The notes under the pieces: model-generated
Databases searched by the model: none
Seen by the model: only the letters and a program-made list of their open reading frames with translations
Told to the model about the DNA's origin: nothing
Part shown: one piece after another, positions 10,168 to 19,819 of the stretch
Position numbering within the stretch: position 1 is the stretch's first letter
How the letters are laid out: the number at the start of each line of letters is the position of its first letter
Translations under genes and position numbers: made by a program
Origin: Reichenbachiella sp.
GTDB lineage: Bacteria > Bacteroidota > Bacteroidia > Cytophagales > Cyclobacteriaceae
Length of the DNA stretch: 64,000 nucleotides
Reading direction: 5' to 3'
NCBI RefSeq assembly: GCF_965233835.1
Contig: NZ_OZ247585.1
Location: forward strand, 4,377,342 to 4,441,341

Positions 10168-11448
10168 TTAGAGTTGTTTTATTTTCTCCTGACATTCTTT
10201 CAAGAGATTTTTTTTCAGCGCTACTTTTTCCTGTTGGGTTTTAAGCTTGTCGTTGAGCATATCTACAAAAGAGCCTTTGTTGATATGCATATTTCCCATG
10301 TTCTCATTAAAAGATTTGAGTTCAGTTTCGTCTCTATGCAAGAGGTCTCGAATCACCCTTGTCAAATCCTTCAACTGACTTTTCTGATCCTTCTTAGCAA
10401 ACCCTTTATTCTTTTTGTGAGTCAGGTTCCAAACAAATTGTCTCTCCTGCCACTCTCTGGAAAGCTGTATAAATGATTCGTGAACTTCTGGATGGGCTTT
10501 CTTTGAAACATGTCCACTATTTTTCCATTTTGCCTTCAAAGCCTCAAAAGCCTGCACATCGCTACCAAATGCATTTCCAACAAGTGTTTTCAACTCAGCA
10601 AGAATTTCTTGCTTTGATTTTAGGCTTTGCTTTTCGTCCTTTGCTTTGAGCTTACGGTCTGAGCTCCTTCTTTTCTTCTGCTTATCAAAATAATCTTGAG
10701 TAACCTTCCAATACGTATCGTTGATTGTTTTGTATTCTTTTTCAGGGATTCGCCCTACTTCCTTCCACTCTTTCTGAAGTTCTTTCACCCTATCCACACT
10801 AGACTGAAATTCTTTTTTCTCAATGAAGGATTTGATCTCAGAAATAATTGATTGATACGCATCAATCCGAGCTTTGACCAATAGTTTCTTATCCTCTGTG
10901 AAGGCGTTTCTTTTTTCGAAGAAGCCATCTACTCCTGATTTAAACTTTTCTTCTAATTCAGCCCTCACAGACTGATCAGCACTACCTGTCTTCAACCACC
11001 TGGATTTCAAATCTTTGATTTGTTCGAACGCCTCTTCTTGGTCATTGTTCGATAAGATAGCATCCAGTTCTAAAAGCAAGGCTTGCTTAATGTCTGTGTT
11101 TTTAGCTCGATTCTTCTGCACATAGTCCTCTAGTAATGACTTCAATGGGACTATTCTATCTAGCAAAAGTTGATAATCTCCTAAACCATCGTGTGAAGGT
11201 ATGGAGTCCTCTATGTTCTGAAGACTAGATAAAAAAGAACCTTTGTTACTCTGAGTATTGATCTTATCTTCTATCTCATCCAGCTTAGCTTTTAGCTTTT
11301 CGTATCGAGTAGTGAAATAAGCAACTGCCGCTTCTATTTCATCCTCTTTGATTTCTTTTAACTGGAGCGCCTCTACCTGACCAAAAGCTGATCGAAAGAG
11401 AGCATTATTTTCTACGTGACCGAATGGTATTTCCACAATATTTGGCAA
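10168..11448 (-). CDS. DUF349 repeat coiled-coil protein
   Basis: Repeated LK..W...G motifs (LKSRWLKTG, LQKEWKEVG, LKAKWKNSG). Confidence 0.8.
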   Translation of the reverse strand: MPNIVEIPFGHVENNALFRSAFGQVEALQLKEIKEDEIEAAVAYFTTRYEKLKAKLDEIEDKINTQSNKGSFLSSLQNIEDSIPSHDGLGDYQLLLDRIVPLKSLLEDYVQKNRAKNTDIKQALLLELDAILSNNDQEEAFEQIKDLKSRWLKTGSADQSVRAELEEKFKSGVDGFFEKRNAFTEDKKLLVKARIDAYQSIISEIKSFIEKKEFQSSVDRVKELQKEWKEVGRIPEKEYKTINDTYWKVTQDYFDKQKKRRSSDRKLKAKDEKQSLKSKQEILAELKTLVGNAFGSDVQAFEALKAKWKNSGHVSKKAHPEVHESFIQLSREWQERQFVWNLTHKKNKGFAKKDQKSQLKDLTRVIRDLLHRDETELKSFNENMGNMHINKGSFVDMLNDKLKTQQEKVALKKNLLKECQEKIKQL

Positions 11449-11539
11449 ATGCCTTTTCTTTGATAAATCGGCTGCAAATTTACAAAATCAGGCCAAAGGC
11501 AGAATATTTTTTGCATATTTGTCGGAAAAATTACTACCC

Positions 11540-13219
11540 ATGAGCGACGAGAAAATCATCTTTTCAATGGCTGGAGTAAACAAGATTTACCCACCTCAAA
11601 AGCAAGTACTCAAAAACATCTACCTCTCTTTTTTTTACGGAGCCAAAATTGGTGTTTTAGGTCTTAATGGATCTGGAAAGTCGTCGCTGCTAAAAATCAT
11701 TGCAGGTATTGACAAAGAATATCAAGGTGAAGTAGTTTCTTCCAATGAGTACAGTGTCGGGCTACTCGAGCAAGAACCTCAATTAGACCCTTCTAAAACT
11801 GTCAAGCAGGTGGTAGAAGAAGGTGTGCAAGAGATAGTGGATCTTTTACAGCAATTTGAGGAAATCAATGCCAAGTTTGCAGATCCTGAAGTACTGGACA
11901 ATCCTGACGCTATGGATAAGTTGATCCAAGACCAAGCGGTAGTACAAGAGAAATTGGACGCTTCCAATGCCTGGGAATTGGATAGTAGACTAGAACGTGC
12001 CATGGATGCCCTGAGAACTCCGCCTGGAGATGCAGAAATAAAAAACCTATCCGGAGGAGAAAAAAGAAGAGTGGCACTATGTCGTCTGCTACTTCAAGAG
12101 CCGGATGTACTTCTATTAGACGAACCTACGAACCATCTAGACGCAGAATCGGTTTTATGGTTAGAACAGCACCTCAATCAATATAAAGGGACGGTTATCG
12201 CTGTAACTCACGATAGATATTTCCTTGATAACGTAGCGGGATGGATTTTAGAATTAGACCGAGGAGAAGGTATTCCTTGGAAAGGCAATTATTCTTCCTG
12301 GTTGAACCAGAAACAAAAAAGACTGGCTCAGGAAGAGAAAACCGAGTCCAAAAGACAAAAGACACTTGAGCGAGAACTTGAATGGGTTCGCATGACACCA
12401 AAAGGTAGACAGGCAAAAGGCAAAGCCAGACTAGCAGCTTATGACAAACTCGCCGGGCAAGATGCCAGCGAGAGAGAAAGCAAGTTAGAACTCTACATCC
12501 CACCAGGACCAAGATTGGGTGATAAGGTAATAGAGGTAGAAGGCGTATCTAAAGCTTTTGGAGACAAGTTACTTTACGAAAATCTAACGTTTTCTCTTCC
12601 ACAAGCCGGGATTGTTGGGATTGTTGGACCCAATGGGGCTGGTAAGACCACTTTGTTCAATATGATTACCGGAAAGGAAAAACCAGACAGTGGAACCTTC
12701 GACATAGGATCAACTGTGCAAATCGCTTATGTAGATCAAGAGCATGATGATCTTGATCCAAATAAATCCGTTTGGGAGGTTATTTCCGAAGGAAACGAGT
12801 TGATTGAATTAGGCGGTAAGCAAATGAATTCACGGGCTTATGTGAGCAAGTTCAACTTTGGAGGATCAGATCAAGGCAAGAAAGTAAGTGCTTTATCTGG
12901 TGGTGAGCGTAACCGTGTCCATCTGGCCATGACACTCAAACAAGGAGCCAACTTACTCCTCCTAGATGAACCGACCAACGACCTAGATGTAAATACGCTC
13001 CGAGCACTCGAAGAGGCTTTGGAAAACTTCGCAGGTTGCGCAGTTATCATTAGTCACGACAGATGGTTTTTGGATAGAGTTTGTACGCATACTTTAGCTT
13101 TTGAAGGCGACAGCCAAGTATATTTCTTTGATGGGCCATTTTCGGCTTATGAAGAAAATCGCCTCAAACGTCAAGGTAATGTTGAGCCTAAGAGAATAAA
13201 GTATAAGAAGCTTCAATAG
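11540..13219 (+). CDS. ettA: Energy-dependent translational throttle ABC-F protein
   Basis: Two ABC domains (GLNGSGKS, LSGGEKRR, GPNGAGKT, LSGGERNR) with ELEWVR linker. Start moved to ATG 11540 (MSDEKIIF). Confidence 0.95.
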   Translation: MSDEKIIFSMAGVNKIYPPQKQVLKNIYLSFFYGAKIGVLGLNGSGKSSLLKIIAGIDKEYQGEVVSSNEYSVGLLEQEPQLDPSKTVKQVVEEGVQEIVDLLQQFEEINAKFADPEVLDNPDAMDKLIQDQAVVQEKLDASNAWELDSRLERAMDALRTPPGDAEIKNLSGGEKRRVALCRLLLQEPDVLLLDEPTNHLDAESVLWLEQHLNQYKGTVIAVTHDRYFLDNVAGWILELDRGEGIPWKGNYSSWLNQKQKRLAQEEKTESKRQKTLERELEWVRMTPKGRQAKGKARLAAYDKLAGQDASERESKLELYIPPGPRLGDKVIEVEGVSKAFGDKLLYENLTFSLPQAGIVGIVGPNGAGKTTLFNMITGKEKPDSGTFDIGSTVQIAYVDQEHDDLDPNKSVWEVISEGNELIELGGKQMNSRAYVSKFNFGGSDQGKKVSALSGGERNRVHLAMTLKQGANLLLLDEPTNDLDVNTLRALEEALENFAGCAVIISHDRWFLDRVCTHTLAFEGDSQVYFFDGPFSAYEENRLKRQGNVEPKRIKYKKLQ

Positions 13220-13306
13220 TAAATTACCAAGAAGTCATACTAAATTGATTTCATTTATGAGCTTTATCATATTGCTAAACCCAAGTTATTTCCGCATATT
13301 TATCCT

Positions 13307-15106
13307 ATGCGCTTATTTTTTCTGAGTCTAACCTTTTTAGTATTTATTTCTCCCAGTGTGTTGGCTGATTCCTGGGATCAGGCCCAAAAGGATAAAAAAG
13401 CAGAGTTAGATTTATTATGGTTTACCTCTAGACCCTTTGTCCAGCATAATGCTAAACAGGAATTGATTGGCCTTGAATACGAGTTAATCGAGGCTTTCAG
13501 GGAATATCTACTTCAAAAGCATGAAATAGAGTTGAAGTTGAATTGGATCAAAGATGAAAGCTTCAATGATGTTCTTACCAATATAAACTCCTCTGGTAAA
13601 CCAAATAAATTCGGAGTATCAGCTTTTTCCATTACGGAAGAAAGAAAGCAACAAGTTCAATTCACAAACTCATATCTGCCCGATATCAGTGTCCTTGTAT
13701 CTAGTCAAGGGACCCCCATAGTACGCGACTTAGAGCAGGTAAACGAGCTCATGAATGATCTGGTGGCAGTTACCATTAAAGGCACAACCTATGAAAAACA
13801 TCTCATCCGATTGAAGGAGGAACTTCAGATGAATTATGAGATTCGATATATTGATAGTGATGAAAATCTTTTAGACCACATCAGTAAATCTGACCATATG
13901 TTTGGGTTCATAGATTTACCCATTTATCTCATATGGCTCAAAAATGGCCGAGATCTTACCCGTCAGAATTTCTTCACCATCCGAGGAATTGGTTACGGCT
14001 TTATCATGCCCCAGTCTAGCGACTGGAATGTTCCATTCAATGAATTTCTTGCTGACGAAGATTTTAAAGCCACAATATCGAGTATCATATCTAAGTATCT
14101 TGGCAATGAGTTATATCAATTTATTGACAACGCCTATGACCGAGAACAACTAGGCACCTATATCCTAACCAAAGAAAAAGAAATACAGTTGGCCCTGATC
14201 AAGAATGCCAACTTAAAACTTGAAGAAGAGAAAACTTACAAACGTATGCTGTTGCTTGGAATTGGTGTGGTATTGCTGTTCTTGGTAATTATTATGTACT
14301 TTTTCTACAACAACCAGAAAACAACGAAGCTCATCATAGCACAAAAAGATCAAATCGAGTTGCAACAGAAGGACATCGAACAAAAGAATGAGCAATTAAT
14401 AAACAGAAATGCTCAGTTGTTAGCATTGAATGAGGATAAAAATAACCTAGTAAACATTTTGGCACATGATCTTAGATCTCCACTAAACAACATCCTAGGG
14501 CTATCTGGAATTATGGTGAATGAAAGCAAGAAGCTGGATGAAGAGCAAAAAGATTATTTAGATAAGATTGGAGCAACCGCCAATCGCATGAATCAAATGA
14601 TTACCAAAATTCTTAATCCTCATACACTTGAAGGCCACAATAAAGAAATATTGAAAGAGGATGTGAAAGTAAGCCAATTGGTTAATGATTTGGTTTCCAG
14701 ATATGTGCCAGTTGCCACTAATAAAAACATTGAAATCAAAGTAAAAAAAGAGCAAAATCTGACGCTCAAAACAGATCATATGTTGCTTTTTTTGGTTCTC
14801 GAGAATTTGCTTTCGAATGCCGTTAAGTTTTCGCCTTCAGATACAATTGTATTATTAAATGTTGAAAAGAAAGAGGATCAAGTCATTTTCTCTGTAAGTG
14901 ACCAAGGGCCTGGATTTACAGAAGAAGACAAGCAATTGGTATTCCAGCGATTTCAAAAACTAAGTGCTGAACCGACAGGCAACGAATCATCTACTGGTCT
15001 GGGATTGTCCATTGTAAAAAAATATGTAAAGGATTTGGGAGGTAAAGTTTGGCTCGAATCCGAAGTTGGTAAAGGCAGTTCCTTTTTTGTGAGTCTTTCC
15101 AATTAA
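13307..15106 (+). CDS. Orphan sensor histidine kinase with N-terminal type-2 periplasmic-binding-protein-like sensor
   Basis: Signal peptide; PBPb-like FSITEERKQQVQFTNSYL; TM; H-box LAHDLRSPL; NLLSNAVKF; DQGPG; GLGLSIV. Confidence 0.85.
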   Translation: MRLFFLSLTFLVFISPSVLADSWDQAQKDKKAELDLLWFTSRPFVQHNAKQELIGLEYELIEAFREYLLQKHEIELKLNWIKDESFNDVLTNINSSGKPNKFGVSAFSITEERKQQVQFTNSYLPDISVLVSSQGTPIVRDLEQVNELMNDLVAVTIKGTTYEKHLIRLKEELQMNYEIRYIDSDENLLDHISKSDHMFGFIDLPIYLIWLKNGRDLTRQNFFTIRGIGYGFIMPQSSDWNVPFNEFLADEDFKATISSIISKYLGNELYQFIDNAYDREQLGTYILTKEKEIQLALIKNANLKLEEEKTYKRMLLLGIGVVLLFLVIIMYFFYNNQKTTKLIIAQKDQIELQQKDIEQKNEQLINRNAQLLALNEDKNNLVNILAHDLRSPLNNILGLSGIMVNESKKLDEEQKDYLDKIGATANRMNQMITKILNPHTLEGHNKEILKEDVKVSQLVNDLVSRYVPVATNKNIEIKVKKEQNLTLKTDHMLLFLVLENLLSNAVKFSPSDTIVLLNVEKKEDQVIFSVSDQGPGFTEEDKQLVFQRFQKLSAEPTGNESSTGLGLSIVKKYVKDLGGKVWLESEVGKGSSFFVSLSN

Positions 15107-15669
15107 TTCTCTCCCAGTACTGTTTGGGTATCTATAATTTCAGCAAATTCTCCCTTTAATGTAGCTAATGAAGTGAAATGGATTGTTTCCGCATCATAGG
15201 ATTCGCCACGTATTCCAATTTTATTAAACGCTGCAGTTGCATCAGAAACTACCTGCACTTGATATCCTAAATTCGCCGCCATTCGGGCTGTGCTGGAAAT
15301 GCAATGCTCTGTGGTGAGACCTACAATAACCACATCTTCAATCTCCTGTTCGTCAAGTAGCTCTTTTAATTTTGTATCCACAAATGCGCTATTCATTTGT
15401 TTTTCTATTACAGGTTCACCGTGAGCTGGAGCCACCATTGCTTTTATCTGGTTGCCTTGTTTAGAGGGATGCAAAGGAGAATCTTCATTCGTTGAATTGT
15501 GCTTAATATGAAAAATAGGACAATTTCTATCTCGAAAAAACTGCAGCAATCTGCTACAGTTGACCTCTGCATTAGAATTATTTCGCTGCCCTCCATAAAA
15601 ATCGAGTTGGTCCAGTCCATCTTGAATATCGATAAGAAGTAAGGCTTTTTTAGTCATAAATTGAATCAC
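15103..15669 (-). CDS. Isochorismatase-family cysteine hydrolase
   Basis: ALLLIDIQ, EKQMNSAF, GLTTEHCISSTAR (Asp-Lys-Cys triad). Confidence 0.9.
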   Translation of the reverse strand: MIQFMTKKALLLIDIQDGLDQLDFYGGQRNNSNAEVNCSRLLQFFRDRNCPIFHIKHNSTNEDSPLHPSKQGNQIKAMVAPAHGEPVIEKQMNSAFVDTKLKELLDEQEIEDVVIVGLTTEHCISSTARMAANLGYQVQVVSDATAAFNKIGIRGESYDAETIHFTSLATLKGEFAEIIDTQTVLGEN

Positions 15670-15760
15670 TTAAAACAGTAAATCCCTGAGTATAAGGACG
15701 TTTATCAAAATTGCAAAGTTAATTAGCTAAATTGAAGTATAACAAACTTATAATTTACCA

Positions 15761-16294
15761 ATGAAACTATTAAACTCAACGATTTGCGCCTTGTTAGTAC
15801 TAGGTGCCTGTCAACCGCCCCAAGACAATGCAGTGAATGAAGCATTTGAGAAAAATTCAAAAGTGATAGAAGCCTATGTGGAAGGTTACCAAACCGAAAA
15901 TCTAAATTATGACGCCTGGTATGCAGATGATGTAGTAATCCTAGGAACGGCATTTGGAGCACCCGACTCAGTAAGTCTTAAAGAAATCAAAGAACAGGAC
16001 AAAATGTTTTTAGCTGATTTTGACTTAGAGTTGACCACGGACCTCGTACTTCTACCTGGAGTAGATGTAGAAACCAAAAAAGCCGATGGCTCTGTCCGAT
16101 ACTATGGTGATTGGAAAATGATCATGTCAGCAACTGACTCTACAGAAGAGAGGTCCGTAGTTGTGAAAGTGTACGAATCTTTTGATTTCAATGAAGAGGG
16201 AAAGATTGTCTTTCAACAATCTTACGGAGACATGTCCGCAGCATATGACTATTTAGTGAACGGTGATGCGGCAGAAGACGATCAAGAAATGTAA
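15761..16294 (+). CDS. Lipoprotein with NTF2/SnoaL-like fold
   Basis: Lipobox LGAC; YADDVV..GTAFG; C-terminal YESFDFNEEGKIVFQQSYGD. Confidence 0.7.
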   Translation: MKLLNSTICALLVLGACQPPQDNAVNEAFEKNSKVIEAYVEGYQTENLNYDAWYADDVVILGTAFGAPDSVSLKEIKEQDKMFLADFDLELTTDLVLLPGVDVETKKADGSVRYYGDWKMIMSATDSTEERSVVVKVYESFDFNEEGKIVFQQSYGDMSAAYDYLVNGDAAEDDQEM

Positions 16295-16348
16295 TTAACC
16301 TAAAGCTTTTGATTCTGGCCGTCAAGAATAGAATTCCTGGCGGCTTTT

Positions 16349-17422
16349 TTATGGAGCATAATACTCTAAAACCTGCTGGCTCAGCTCCGCATAGCTCTGA
16401 TCATTAGTCAAAGCTGCCATATAGTAAAAGGCGTAAACAGTTTTTTCTACATCAACCTTCTTCTCCCTTCCTCCGAGTGACTCTCCACCAGGATACACCC
16501 TGGTATTTCCTTCTGTACTTATCTCACCCGACTCCAGCACTCGGGAGAATTGCCAATCAGCCGAGCAAGAAAGGCCATCATTTAGTACGTTATGCAATTC
16601 AACACCCGAACCTAACAAAGCATACAATTCAAAGCCTAACTTAAGCGCCACACCATTATAGCTAGAGTCCCAACCCTGAGCTTCAATAAAGTATCCTGCG
16701 GTTTGCTCCCGTAGCGTCATAGCATGGCCTGCCAAGCCCAAGCCAGTTTGCTGAGCATTAGCATCCTCTAAATATGCTCCAAGAGTATAAAATGCCAAAC
16801 CATCAAAGAGTAACCTATTGGGTGACGCTCGATCGTATTCCTGTATCAATTCTAAATTTGACTTAAGATAGGTCAACAGACTTTCTATATTAGTTTGCAA
16901 GCCTTCAATCGTTTGTTTTGAAGCATGGTCATCCGGCAGCCCCTGGTACCACTCCGAACTTTCAAACGCATGAAGACTTATGCCGAGCCCATAGGCAAAA
17001 AAGAAACTTCCACTCGCCAAATCAGCAGGTAACGGCTGACGATCCGCAGGTGCATCCGGAGGAGCTATGAACTCAAAATCACCAGCTTCAGTCTGATACA
17101 AAAAGCTATAATTTATACTCTTTACCCATTCGCTCAATGCTTCTTCGCTTTCAAAGTGCACGGCATAGTTAGCCAGGTGGGTAGCCGCCAGCTGAAAGCG
17201 TGCATGAGCATAACCATTCTTGTTTCTTCCCAGCGCACCTTCCTCGTCTGGTTCCTCAACAAATCCAGTCAGTACTTCATCAGGTACAGCATCTATCAAA
17301 TCCGAATAAGATAAGGAATTATTGAGCGCAACAGATTCACATGAATAAGTCGCTTGGTCTTCCTCCTCCTTGCATGACATAAACACAAATACAAAGGATA
17401 AAATAAATGCTGCTGATTTCAT
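16349..17422 (-). CDS. Hypothetical lipoprotein, predicted alpha-helical toroid enzyme-like fold
   Basis: Start reassigned to MKSAAF (17422); lipobox FMSC followed by KEEED; GYFIEAQGWDSSYNGV motif. The fold is an inference. Confidence 0.7.
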   Translation of the reverse strand: MKSAAFILSFVFVFMSCKEEEDQATYSCESVALNNSLSYSDLIDAVPDEVLTGFVEEPDEEGALGRNKNGYAHARFQLAATHLANYAVHFESEEALSEWVKSINYSFLYQTEAGDFEFIAPPDAPADRQPLPADLASGSFFFAYGLGISLHAFESSEWYQGLPDDHASKQTIEGLQTNIESLLTYLKSNLELIQEYDRASPNRLLFDGLAFYTLGAYLEDANAQQTGLGLAGHAMTLREQTAGYFIEAQGWDSSYNGVALKLGFELYALLGSGVELHNVLNDGLSCSADWQFSRVLESGEISTEGNTRVYPGGESLGGREKKVDVEKTVYAFYYMAALTNDQSYAELSQQVLEYYAP

Positions 17423-17505
17423 AGCCGCAAATGTATCAACAATTTGAAAAATGAATAAAAAAATGGTTAGCTGACAGTGCAACGCTCACTTCTAACTTGT
17501 CGTGG

Positions 17506-18039
17506 CTAATCAGACTTTGTTGCGCAAGAACTCTTTTTCTTATATTGTACGATACTACCTTTCACACCTTGTTCCACATGGCAACATTCGGATATTAACA
17601 CTTTAAGCTTTTTTCTACCTCTCTGTATTTTAGATCGTAAGGTGGTGTAATTTATATCTAGCTGTTTGGCGATTTCTTTTTGCGGAATTCGCTTCAGCTC
17701 AGACAGCTGCAACACTTGTCTGTATTCATCTGGTAGCTGATCAATAAAGGGAGCGATACAGCTACTCAGTTCATGCACAACATCCGCTAGTTCTTCCTCT
17801 CGGAATACCTGCTCATCAAGCTCATTGGTTGCTATTCTCTTTTTTCGGTAATAATCAACAATCGTGTTTTTAGCGACGGCGTACACCCAACTTTTCACGC
17901 TACCCATGGCTGAGTCATCAGATTTCACCAACTTGTAAAAAACCTCTTGAGTCAAATCTTCAGCGTCTTCCCTATTCGATATTCTTTTCTTAATAAATTG
18001 AGAAAGAGGTTTATACAAATTGTCAATTTGAGTTTTCAT
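17506..18039 (-). CDS. sigZ: ECF RNA polymerase sigma factor, SigZ-like
   Basis: DAEDLTQEVFYK, SWVYAVAKNTIVDYYRK, QKEIA..L.INYTTLRSKIQRGRKKLK, C-terminal ECC. Confidence 0.8.
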   Translation of the reverse strand: MKTQIDNLYKPLSQFIKKRISNREDAEDLTQEVFYKLVKSDDSAMGSVKSWVYAVAKNTIVDYYRKKRIATNELDEQVFREEELADVVHELSSCIAPFIDQLPDEYRQVLQLSELKRIPQKEIAKQLDINYTTLRSKIQRGRKKLKVLISECCHVEQGVKGSIVQYKKKSSCATKSD

Positions 18040-19150
18040 AACGGAATTTATAATTCAAAAAAATTAAGGCGCTCACTACAGAAACGATCATGAATAAGTA
18101 ATGTTGACCTATACTATTCAAAAGCCCTATACCTACAAAGGCCCCAACACCCGCTCCTAAATCCCACCATGAGCTTACTTGAGAGACTGTCAACAACTGA
18201 TTCTGTGTAGAACGCATAGCTACCAGAGGAGCAAAACATACGACTACTGTATTAAAAAAGAAACAAAATACTATGCCCTCTACGACAAAGCCTATGGCAA
18301 TCAAAAAGAGACCAAGCAAACAACACCACACAGAAAAGTTGAACATGATCGCCGGAGATATTCGCATGGACACAAAGCCACTCAATAAAGAAACCCCAAT
18401 CATAAACAACCGAGAAAGAAGCATGTAGCTAGCCGCTGTGACGATCAAGTCGGAAGTCTCATGAATAGAAACACTCAGCAAGTGAGCCAACCCAACAATC
18501 AAAATACCGTCAATAGTGCAGGCCAGAACAAACACCAGCAGGTTAATTGGCGTAGGGGCAAAAGTCTTTCTGAATTCAATTCGATTAGAACCAACCTGAA
18601 CGGCAGGGGTAAAAAGTGAAAATACTACTGCAGGTAAACTGCACACGGCCAGAACCAAAAAAGCCATACCAATTCCAAATTGGACCACCAGCCACGGGCC
18701 TAACATAAATGCAAACAAAACTGCCAGTGACTTCAGGCTTTGAGTAGCTCCAAAGGCCAATCCTCTACCTGATTTAAACTGCGCAGCAATACCCAGAGTA
18801 GAGGTTTTCATTCCGGAATAAGCTAAGCCCCAAACAATTCTTGCCACCAGCATTGACCACAATCCAATACTCAATCCATAGATGGAGGTTGTAATTACCC
18901 CCAAGAGTCCCGAAAGCATTAGCACCTTTTTTATTCCAAAATGACGCACAAGGTTGGCTACCCAGGTATTTCCAATGATTCTCACAAAGCGGTTTGCAGA
19001 TAAAAGAACGCCAATTCCAAAAACTGGAATGTTTAATGAAGCGGCATACACAGGCAATACTGGATATAGCACTGCATCACCAAGGCCAGCGAAAGCCATG
19101 ACTCCGCTGGCCAAAAGGGCTGCCTTGAGATTTCCTTTTTCCTCAAGCAT
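18023..19150 (-). CDS. Major facilitator superfamily transporter
   Basis: About 12 hydrophobic segments; GDAVLYPVLP, LLSANRFVR, ARIVWGLAYS. Confidence 0.85.
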   Translation of the reverse strand: MLEEKGNLKAALLASGVMAFAGLGDAVLYPVLPVYAASLNIPVFGIGVLLSANRFVRIIGNTWVANLVRHFGIKKVLMLSGLLGVITTSIYGLSIGLWSMLVARIVWGLAYSGMKTSTLGIAAQFKSGRGLAFGATQSLKSLAVLFAFMLGPWLVVQFGIGMAFLVLAVCSLPAVVFSLFTPAVQVGSNRIEFRKTFAPTPINLLVFVLACTIDGILIVGLAHLLSVSIHETSDLIVTAASYMLLSRLFMIGVSLLSGFVSMRISPAIMFNFSVWCCLLGLFLIAIGFVVEGIVFCFFFNTVVVCFAPLVAMRSTQNQLLTVSQVSSWWDLGAGVGAFVGIGLLNSIGQHYLFMIVSVVSALIFLNYKFRYENSN

Positions 19151-19168
19151 TAATTCGGGAAAATTTGG

Positions 19169-19336
19169 TTAACAACAACCTGTAGTGGCGGCATTCACCT
19201 CTTTTGTTTCACTTTTATCACAGCAAAGCGACCCATCAGATGGCTGATCACAGCAGATCTCGTTAGTGTTTGAAGCTGCCTCATTTGTGGTACAACATCC
19301 GTTTACATTTTCTGATTTTAAATCTTTCTTTTTCAT
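19169..19336 (-). CDS. 55-aa Cys-rich peptide with four CC pairs (metallothionein-like)
   Basis: MKKKDLKSENVNGCC..ICCDQPSDGSLCCDK..TTGCC. Start placed at 19336 because a promoter-like element overlaps the upstream ATG region. Confidence 0.75.
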   Translation of the reverse strand: MKKKDLKSENVNGCCTTNEAASNTNEICCDQPSDGSLCCDKSETKEVNAATTGCC

Positions 19337-19364
19337 GATTATAAAAATATGTTTCATAGGCTAA

Positions 19365-19389
19365 GACGAAGGCGTTTAAAAATGATGCA
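19365..19389 (-). promoter_or_regulatory. Candidate ECF (SigZ) promoter for the peptide-MFS-sigZ operon
   Basis: Minus strand TGCATC-N15-CGTC, resembling ECF -35/-10 elements. Confidence 0.45.
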
Positions 19390-19412
19390 CTTTTTAAGAG
19401 CGAAAGATGCTC

Positions 19413-19475
19413 TACAACATTTGTTGTACAAAAACGCAACTAATTATTTTATTTCTTGTATAATTGTACAACAAA
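19413..19475. promoter_or_regulatory. Inverted-repeat operator candidate (PadR)
   Basis: TTTGTTGTACAA (19420-19431) and TTGTACAACAAA (19464-19475) form a perfect 12-bp inverted repeat; nested palindrome TACAACA-TT-TGTTGTA at 19413-19428. Confidence 0.6.
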
Positions 19476-19486
19476 CCCCTAAAATC

Positions 19487-19819
19487 ATGAAAGGAGAACA
19501 TTTAGGTGAACTGGAAGAATTAGTACTGCTGACCATTGGCTCACTCTACCAAGAAGCTTATGCTGTGGCGATTCTCGAAGAGATTAAAAAAAACACCAAC
19601 AGAAAAATGGATGTGACGGCCATTCATTCCGTCTTGCGAAGGCTGGAAAAGAAAGGCTATACCAAATCTGAAATGGGTGGAGCTACAGCAGAACGCGGTG
19701 GTCGACGCAAGCGATACTTTGTTTTGACACAGATAGGAAGAAAAGTCTTGGACGACACCATGGAACTCAGAGTCTCACTTTACAACAAGATGCCCAAACT
19801 GGCATTTGCTGGAATCTAA
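19487..19819 (+). CDS. PadR-family transcriptional regulator (ADOP-associated type)
   Basis: MKGEHLGELEELVLL, LRRLEKKGY, ATAERGGRRKRYF. True start is ATG 19487; TAATG overlap with the permease. Confidence 0.92.
   Translation: MKGEHLGELEELVLLTIGSLYQEAYAVAILEEIKKNTNRKMDVTAIHSVLRRLEKKGYTKSEMGGATAERGGRRKRYFVLTQIGRKVLDDTMELRVSLYNKMPKLAFAGI

Noticed and set aside
19349-19486. N-terminal extension of PadR in the ORF track
   Set aside because: It runs through the divergent promoter and operator region; the PadR family sequence begins at MKGEHLGE (19487).
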